64,000 nucleotides of DNA from NCBI RefSeq assembly GCF_002113885.1, contig NW_018479984.1, positions 76,388 to 140,387 on the forward strand, given 5' to 3'. This DNA is from Mizuhopecten yessoensis. Its lineage: Eukaryota. Of this stretch, positions 54,700 to 64,000 are shown piece after piece. The notes below the pieces were generated by a model, which saw only the letters and a program-made list of their open reading frames with translations, searched no databases and was not told the DNA's origin. The stretch's first letter is position 1, and each line of letters starts with the position of its first letter. The position numbers were made by a program, and so were the translations under genes.

Positions 54700-57600
54700 A
54701 ATCTATCTCTAAAACAGCCATATAACATCTCTAGTTAAAGCTCGTTGCAGAACAATTTCATCTCGTGTCTGCAATGTGATATATAACTTATTTAACGTGC
54801 TGTTTTTATGATAGACTATGAACCTTGTGTTCACCTTAAAAACACATCCAACAATGACATATGTTGAGATACCCACTTGGGTTTGTGGACATATAACGTA
54901 CAATTCATATCGTTCGGTCGAACTGTACTTCACAAAGGTATATCGCCATATTTTAAGTGTCTGTTTATCGAAAACTATTTATTGAAGTATCAATCTATTT
55001 ATCCAAAACAATTTATTGGAGTGTCCGTTTCAAACAGCTATATAAATGTTTCGTATTGGAATGCAAATTCCACACGTCAATCAAAAGAGCTATAGACCGG
55101 GAGCAGGTAGAAATTGATTACTCGATCAAGGTGAGAAATAGATTACCTATCCTTGTATCAAGCACGTGTTCAAATGTACATGATAATCCGCGAGAGAAGA
55201 ACACAGACCCGCGCTCCTTTAGAGATCCCCTTCTGCTCAATGTATACCAAAGGTGGACATTTAAATTCTTCAAATATTTCCGGAACAAAGTAGCTCATTA
55301 ATACTGACACTGGTGCATTACTCCTGCATAGGTTACAGGCACTACGGGTAGAGACGGTGTAGGTCTCGGTATGTGGTCCCATGTCGTTTCTACTCGCAAC
55401 ATGTGATCCGGTTTAACCTAAAAATCCGTAAAACAGTTGGATTTAAAATTATCGCATACTTCAATCCGGGAGCTATATCTGTGGTTGTGTTTTGATAATT
55501 AAAATTCAAATGTTGAAAATGTTTATAGAGTAGTTGGGTGTTGAGTTATGAAAGAAAAGGATTGTAATTTGTACAGCCAAACGTGTGAATGATAAGAGTG
55601 GGGAAAAAAACTATCCATATAATAGCATAACACGTGACACATCAACTATTTCTCCCTGTAGGCTTTATGCTGTAGATCTCACTGCAGACTGGGGATACTC
55701 AAACCTTGGATGTTGATAGTGCAGATGTATGTATATTTTTATATGATAATGAATCTTAAGTTATTGTAACATGTACATTTATATCTTTCCAATACAACCA
55801 TCATAAACAAAACCAGGAACCATCAGTAGTTTCAACGATTCTATATCGATATATGATCTGTGTTCAATGAATTTATTGATGGCACTTTTGAAATTAACGC
55901 GTTAATGGTATTAACGTAAGTCTAATCATTTAATTACATAATGTCAAATGACACTGAAGGTAGATAACTCTAACACAAATCCTGTAATTATTGATAAGGG
56001 AGATAACTCTCACTTGAATCTCAAGTATTTATTATTTGAGGTGCATGCATCACTTAAGCTTACTGTTCATAATGTCATTTTAAGATAACAAATCATTTGT
56101 TTATCATAACAATAAGTCCAATCAGTTGGTGAATATTCCATCTACCCCTTCCTCCGAAAACCCCTTCATTCCCTCTTCACCCAACCCCCAACCACATCCC
56201 ACCTCCGTCACAACACATAGCTTTGTTCCGGAAAGATCGACTTACTCCACCCACGTGTATTGCATGTCCGTTCAAACGTTTCTTCAAGATGCGCTACCGC
56301 AACGGAACAAAGAACAGTATTACATAGCATCATTATAAATGTTAAAAAGGTGCATCTTAATCCTTCGATTCCTTTTGACGGTATTTTCTGTTTGTGTCTG
56401 AGAGGTTGACCGGGGCATTGTTAACGTCAGACCGGATATCCGGATTTTTTGATTTTTTTTTTCAAATATCTTAGACTATTAATTAAAATTTCCATTACAT
56501 TTACATGTATATAATGATAAATTCACCTTTGAAATGGATATCAACTTCCTTTCAAGGTTCAGCCCAGTTTAAAAACAGAATGGGTTGGAATATTTACGCC
56601 TTCGTCGTTGAACAAAACAAAATACATTACATATTATGCGAAAGCGAGGCTTATAAGTTGAGGGGATAACGTTTCTTCAATTTTGGGTGATATTTTCGAC
56701 TTAAGTAATTGTCAATATTTCAATAACTGCAAGTAAAGACACATTGTCGTGATTTAAATAACAGATTTTCGTCTTTCCTGGACAGCATTATCTTGCTCAG
56801 AGGCAAGACAGAATATTTTGAAGATGATTGAAAGCATGGAGGATGAGAGAGGTATAAATATTACGGGGAAGGGAACAAGTCGAGAGGGCAGTCGGATTGC
56901 CTTTAAGAGAATCTAATGAAGATACTGCGACTCAAGACGTTTGTCAGAACGGCAGGTTGCGGCGACCAAACATAGTCGTTCATACTTATCTGTTTGATCC
57001 GACAGGAAAGGATAGGCGCGTCGACCGAACCTTGCCGTACACCTATAGCTAAAATGTTCTACTCTTGAAACCGGAGCCACTAACATTCCGGCTTATCTTG
57101 ATATAGTCCCCGTAGCAGAAGTAAGGTAGGTTACTTCTACGTTTTATTTTGTAACTAATTGATGGTAGGTCTAAATGACAAATTTCCGCCATAAATAAAC
57201 GATCATGTTACGACCATGACAAATTCAATATCACCCCTTGACAACCGGGAATTAAGAGGTCTTACGATCTACCCTGAACATCTGTGGTATTTGCTGAGGA
57301 TATATACCTAGAACCGGGCAGCTATCCTAGTGTCTCGTTCGATGCATTGCCTGTACCACTAAGCTACATTTATTTACTCAATTTCGTAAGACATGAAATA
57401 CAAAATCGCTAATTATAGCTATCCGAGCCCTGTGATACTCGATCGGGTGCCGGGTACGTTCCCGGCCAGTCCGTCTTTAATTTACTAGCTGGGGTCGAGA
57501 CATGATAGAGAACTGTGGTTGCCACCTGGGCCGAGTACGCCCATTTCTCCGCACACTGTCAGTTCCCGCGGCGTAAGACGTGTGAGGTGTGTTTGGATGA

Positions 57601-57984
57601 TACCCCGGGTCACTTCTCTGATTTTAATGACGTTCCCCTTAAACATCCCGTCAGAAAGAACATCTACAATTTGTTATCAACTTTAATAAACACATCATTG
57701 GTTTCGATTGCACTGTATGGTGAATAGAGTTTGTAATAAATACACATATTTTTCTATATAAATGGACAAAGAAACATTTTATCAGAAAATATCTACAATT
57801 TGTCATGTTTTAAAGAGGACTCTCAGCGTTAGTATGAATACATGGTTCTCGGTATGGTTTTAATGTGAATAGCAAGAATACCTTGCACGTTAACATGTCA
57901 AACGTATAAAAAAAACTGTGATATATTTTTATCTCTCAAAAAATTAAAACGCATTCCTAATACAAACCTCATTTCGAATCTATA

Positions 57985-60090
57985 ATATGTTACTTATCGT
58001 CAATTATCGACTACTACTGCTTTAAGATAAGATCATCTATGATCTATCGCCAGTCATCGACTTCTTCTATACTGTTAGATAGGATAATCTGTTACTTATC
58101 GTCAGATATCGACTATTTCTACTGTTTGATATGATAATCTGTTACTTATCGTCAATCATCGACATCTTCTTTTGTTTCATATGATAATCTGTTACTTATC
58201 GTCAATTATCGACTTCTTCTTCTGTTAGATAAGATATAATGTAACTGATCGTCAATTATCGACTTCTACTGCTTTAAGATAAGATAATCTATGACCTATC
58301 GCCAGTCATCGACTTCTTCTATACTGTTCGATAGGATAATCTGTTACTTATCGTCAGTTATCGACTACTTCTACTGTTTGATATGAAAATATGTAACTGA
58401 TCGTCAATTATCGACTTCTACTGCTTTAAAATAAGATAATCTGTTACTTATCGTCAGTCATCGACTTCTTCTATACTGTTAAATAGGATAATCTGTTACT
58501 TATCGTCGGTCATCGACTTCTTCTATACTGTTCGATAGGATAATCTGTTACTTATCGTCAGTTATCGACTTATTCTATACTGTTCGATAGGATAATCTGT
58601 TACTTATCGTCAGTCATCGACTACTTCTATACTGTTAAATAGGATAAACTGTTACTTATCGTCAGTTATCGACTACTTCTACTGTTTGATATGATAATAT
58701 GTAACTGATCGTCAATTATCGACTTCTACTTCTTTAAAATAAGATAATCTGTTACCTATCGTCAGTCATCGACTTCTTCTATACTGTTCGATAAGATAAT
58801 CTGTTACTTATCGTCAGTCATCGACTTCTTCTATACTGTTAAATAGGATAAACTGTTACTTATCGTAAGTCATCGACTTCTTCTATACTGTTCGATAGGA
58901 TAATCTGTTACTTATGGGCAGTCATCGACTTCTTCTATACTGTTTGATAGGATAATCTGTTACTTATGGGCAGTCATCGACTTCTTCTATACTGTTCAAT
59001 AGGCAAAACTGTTACTTATCGTAAGTCATCGACTTCTTCTATACTGCTCGATAGGATAATCTGTTACTTATCGGCAGTCATCGACTTCTTCTATACTGTC
59101 CCCCAGGATAATATGTTACTTATCGTCAGTAATCGACTACTTCTATACTGTTAAATAGGATAATCTGTTACATATCGTCAGTCATCGACTTCTTCTTTAC
59201 TGTTAGATAGGATAATCTGTTCCTTATCGTCAGTCATCGACTTCTTCTGTTGATATGATTATCGGTTATTTATCGTCAGTTATCGCCGACTTCTACTGCA
59301 AGAATAGACACTCTGTTACTTATCGTCAGTTATCGACTTATTCTATACTGTTCGATAGGATAATCTGTTACTTATGGGCAGTCATCGACTTCTTCTATAC
59401 TGCTCGATAGGATAATCTGTTACTTATGGGCAGTCATCGACTTCTTCTATACTGTCCCCCAGGATAATATGTTACTTATCGTCAGTAATCAACTACTTCT
59501 ATACTGTTAGATAAGATAATCTGTTACTTATCGCCAGTCATCGACTTCTTCTGTACTGTTACATAGGATAATCTGTTACTTATGGGCAGTCATCGACTTC
59601 TTCTATACTGCTCGATAGGATAATCTGTTACTTATGGGCAGTCATCGACTTCTTCTATACTGTTAAATAGGATAAACTGTTACTTATCGTCAGTTATCGA
59701 CTTATTCTATACTGTTCGATAGGATAGTCTGTTACTTATCGTCAGTCATCTACTTCTTCTATACTGTTCGATAAGATAATCTGTTCCTTATCGTCAATTA
59801 TCGACTACTTCTGTTTGATATGATTATCGGTTATTTATAGTCAGTTATCGACTACTTCTGTTGATATGATTATCGGTTATTTATAGTCAGTTATCGACGA
59901 CTTCTACTGAAATAATAGACACTCTGTTACTTATCGTCAGTTATCGACTACTTCTGTTGATATGATTATCGGTTATTTATCGTCAGTTATCGACTACTTC
60001 TGTTGATATGATTATCGGTTATTTATCGTCAGTTATCGACGACTTCTACTGAAAGAATAGACACTCTGTTACTTATCGTCAGTTACCTAA
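57985..60090 (+). repeat. 52-bp tandem array (about 40 copies) with shorter variants
   Basis: Unit gataatctgttacttatcgtcagtcatcgacttcttctatactgttcgatag, starting at 58539, 58591 and so on. Confidence 0.97.
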
Positions 60091-63000
60091 TTCTTCTGTC
60101 AGATAAGTTCATGTTACTTACTGATTCCATTGGTATTACTTTTAAGCGAAAGGTTAGGTTCAGAAAAGGAAAATCGCAAACATCCCGTTTACCATACAGC
60201 TTAGCGTAAAGTCGTCCCTTTGTTTTATGTGGTCAGCTATGACAGAAGGTAAGCGTTCGACTCAGATTAGGCCGTTTAAGTACATTAAATGGATTTCAAG
60301 TTATGACCTTTGAAGCAAGACAAAATGAGATGTCATGTCCGCAATATTGGACTTTCAACCGACCTCGAACTATTTGAACGGTAGCTTCATGAACAATTTT
60401 GCCATCATTTAGTAGATATCGTTTGAACAAATAGTTTTAGAAAAATCTCACACACACATTTATCAAAAAAGGTGAAAAGCCCTTATTACCTGAGTTTATG
60501 TGTCATAGTAAAAACCACAAGGAAACACTAGGTCTTGAAAGGAGCTAAAACTACATTTCCACATTTCCACAATTTTGTGGTTTCATAAAGCTGCCACACA
60601 ATGATCAATTTACTGTGTTCATGTATTCTCCTTTCAAATTAACATAATTATTATTTATCAACAAAATCATGATTAAAAAGAATTTTACAATATAAATGAG
60701 CTGTTATATCATTTTTCATTTCACCCGGCTTTGGCATTTAACAAGTCTTCAGTAATAAGTCCGCGGCCATATCAGTTGTTATTAGTGACCGGTCAAGCCC
60801 TCCACGATTGTTGTTCGAACCGTTCAAAACGTTAACTTGATCCTGGCTTCAAACAAGGATTTGAAAGTCAGGCAATGATGAAAGCAGTATGCAGTTTCAA
60901 CAACATCAAACAAGTTTACTCCAGGTTTTTTATGTGTTAATGTACCATCATGGATGACCATTTTGGTCGGCTTTACTGAACATATACAATAATATTTCAA
61001 CAACTCTGTATGACATGAAGAGGCCAACATATTAATAAGCAGGAAATAAAAACTTCAACACACTGCATCACCATGTCCATCGGCGAACTTGAGAGAGGAA
61101 TTAATATAAGCGCTAATCTTGTTTTCCAATCCCTGTGTAATTATATGTATGTAATGAACATGTTTGAATATTGAATAAATACTGTTAAAACTTAGTTCCA
61201 CCTTTTAAACGCAACAACAAAAACATACATTGGACCCATTAGGACGTTAAGCGAAAACCGGAAGTGATTATCGACATTCGTGTATTTCTTCGCAATTGCC
61301 CTTACTGACACTAATATCGACTTCACTGCTGTTATCCGAAATAAGCATGACGCTTGAAGACGTTGTTGAACCGGAAGCTGAGGATCAGACATCTTAGATA
61401 CATTGTTACTAATATTTCGATTAGGGCAGTTTTTCTAACACGTAGGTATGAATATACCATTTTCAGTATTGGAAATGTCAACCACTAGTGTTACCCGGTT
61501 TACATGCATTTGCACCCACTTGTGTAACACGTGTTGGTGGGGTAACAATATTGAGTGTTACATAGCGGAATTATTGTGAAAGAAATATAGTTATTCTACG
61601 TGCATGGTTTAAATATAAATAATCAACGTCCAGTGTTTAGATTTAGAATTATCTACCTTCAGAGTTTTAAAAATTAGGGAACTCTGTTGGAACACATACA
61701 TGTAAGTAATCTATGTACGGTTTATATATATATATATATACAATTATGTACATACGTTGTTTAAATAATTAAGGTACTGGTTTTGAATATATAACTTATC
61801 TATGTGTGATTTGTAGATAGAAATAATCTACCTACGTTGATTAATGATACTTCTGACACATTTGCGATGTAACGACACTTTTCATTGATGAATAACCATG
61901 TGTTTTTGGCGATAGACAATGCGCGTGCGTGTTTATTTTCAACAGACCAACGCTCTTCCAAAAACCTTCCCCACAAATGAACCGGTAAACAAGCGAGTCA
62001 CGAGACTGGTTTCATTTGTTAAATGAGACCGGGTACCCGCTTTTTATTTTGTATGTATTTGAAGATTTGCTGGCAGACAAACAAAGAAGTTTATTTACCT
62101 CTAGATTTACAAGTACTTAGAGTATAGGCATCATGTAAAAATTGTAAGCGTGCAAAACAACAAAAACCAAAAAAAAAACAGCATAATTTAAATGATAAGA
62201 TAATCTTATAGGCCACCCTGATTATCAAAGACATATGGACACACGTGATGGACACTGGTGTAGACACAAAAAAGTCTGTCGATACATTTTACTTGGTAGA
62301 ATAGATATAATCAACATGTGTTTGTATGTTATGGTGAAATATATAACTCAGGATTCGAAAAAGTTGGGAAAATAATCAACTCACCCAACAAGCGGCATTT
62401 GTTAAAATTCTTATTTTCTAACATGTTTTCATTCTCGTTTTATATTCCACCAAAATACACGTACAGACGTTGTTTATTTCTGAAATAATCTACGTTCGTG
62501 CATATATTGGCGATCAACTGTCTTTTTTTGTCTCGATTCATATTTAAAGTTATATTTTCTGTTACCAGTTAAACTTCATCTACAGAGGCAATGACCTAAA
62601 TAACATAAGCAGTCAAAGCTAGCAAATTTGATGGACTGAAGGACATAACATTTGTACGATTTCTAATTCACTGTCTGGATTTACGGCTTGATCTCGACCG
62701 AATAGGAATACACCACATACATATCCGGGTACTTTATAGGGTTTAATCTTCTCGAGTTGATTAAGATACATAAACCTTTAACGTTACCACTCGGCTTACT
62801 ATTAAACCGGCGGTGGGGGCGGAACGGGGGCAGGCTGAGTCGGGATATTCAATTCCCGTCATAGGGATAAAATATGCACGTGCTTAATGTCAAATACAGC
62901 AATCAAACTGCTGAGGTCATGACCTCTTGGAGCGTTTCTGGCAGGGTCTTTGCAATTTGTCATTTATGAATTTACACTAAGAACTGGTATATAGAGAGAG

Positions 63001-63689
63001 ATAGCACTGAATGATCCCTCTCACTAAGGCGCTTGGTCCCTATGATGACGGCAGCGATTACATGAAAATGTTACCAAAGGTCGAGTTAACGTTTATGAGC
63101 TAAGGAAACAGACGGGGAAGCTTTGTACACGGAACCTCTTGAAGGCATCAGAGACCTCTCTATACAACTGTCTATCTCAAACTTCCCTACAAAATAAATA
63201 AGTCTACAGCGCAAGTAAAGAAACATTTACATGAATTTACGCCCATTTATTACACTTAAAGAAACGGCCTTTTAAACGCGCGGCACCGTTTTATGCGTAT
63301 CTTCAATAGGGGTTCGTTTGAAGATGATTTCTATTTGTGTGACACCGATATCTTGCTTGTAATTTTCCTATAGCGTTTGCTTGCCAAGTTGTGTAAATAA
63401 AACCGCAGTAAAATCCATTGTCGTTTAACATTGTAAACTAGATACAATTATCTTAGCGCGAATACATGATTAAACATCAGAACAAGAAATGGATGAAATA
63501 CTGAATACATATGCTTCTTGAGAGAGACAGCAATTTATTTATGAAGAACACCTGTGTATTTTGAAGATATAGCTTCATGTTTAAGCTGTAAAATTTAAGA
63601 TAGATGTGTTTACTGTGTCAAAGAGGTGATCTTAATCAAATAGGGCGCTTGTGAATTCCTGCTCGTCTACGGGAACTCCCACGTACCCT

Positions 63690-64000
63690 TAAACCCTACC
63701 GGTAAACCGGCGATACATTCATAAATACTCGATAATCATCTTGCCCTACCGCCAGACCGGAGAAACAGTACAAATACTCGAGTAACCTCTTGCACTACCG
63801 CCAGACCGGAGATACAGATATAAACAACTTGAGCAACATCTAACCCAAACGTCAGACCTGACTAGCATTCAAAAATACCGAGTATCCTCCAGCCGTACCA
63901 CAAAACCGCATAACATACAAACCTGAGTATTACCAAACAGGAAATATTGTATATCCGGGTATTCTCTGACCCTACCACCAGACAAGGTGACATACTGACA
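63690..64000 (+). repeat. degenerate ~49-bp tandem repeat, probably the edge of a further array
   Basis: accgccagaccggaga at 63748 and 63797, with more diverged copies to the window end. Confidence 0.7.

Noticed and set aside
10240-60090. CRISPR arrays
   Set aside because: The repeats are head-to-tail with no unique spacers, there are no cas genes, and the context is a spliced eukaryotic locus.

Overview
Eukaryotic, AT-rich invertebrate DNA, most likely mollusc/bivalve; that is an inference from the Wnt sequence, SINE types and satellite density. The only convincing gene is the 5' end of a Wnt7 orthologue on the minus strand, which continues off the left edge of the window. Exon 2 is at 1333..1104. 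Two candidate first coding exons (2818..2748, 71 nt; 6220..6147, 74 nt) each encode a different signal peptide and each end in a strong phase-2 donor that splices in frame to exon 2. An identical 27-nt motif containing a CSL/Su(H)-type site lies 1.4 kb and 1.7 kb upstream of the two exons. The remaining ~57 kb upstream has no recognisable gene. It holds at least 12 unrelated tandem arrays (units of 15, 19, 28, 28, 30, 31, 42, 43, ~44, ~49, 52 and 53 bp; roughly a third of the window), a C/A-rich tract flanked by ~190-bp direct repeats, SINEs and MITE-like remnants. Almost all long ORFs in the track are translations of these arrays. There are no prokaryotic features or CRISPR arrays.
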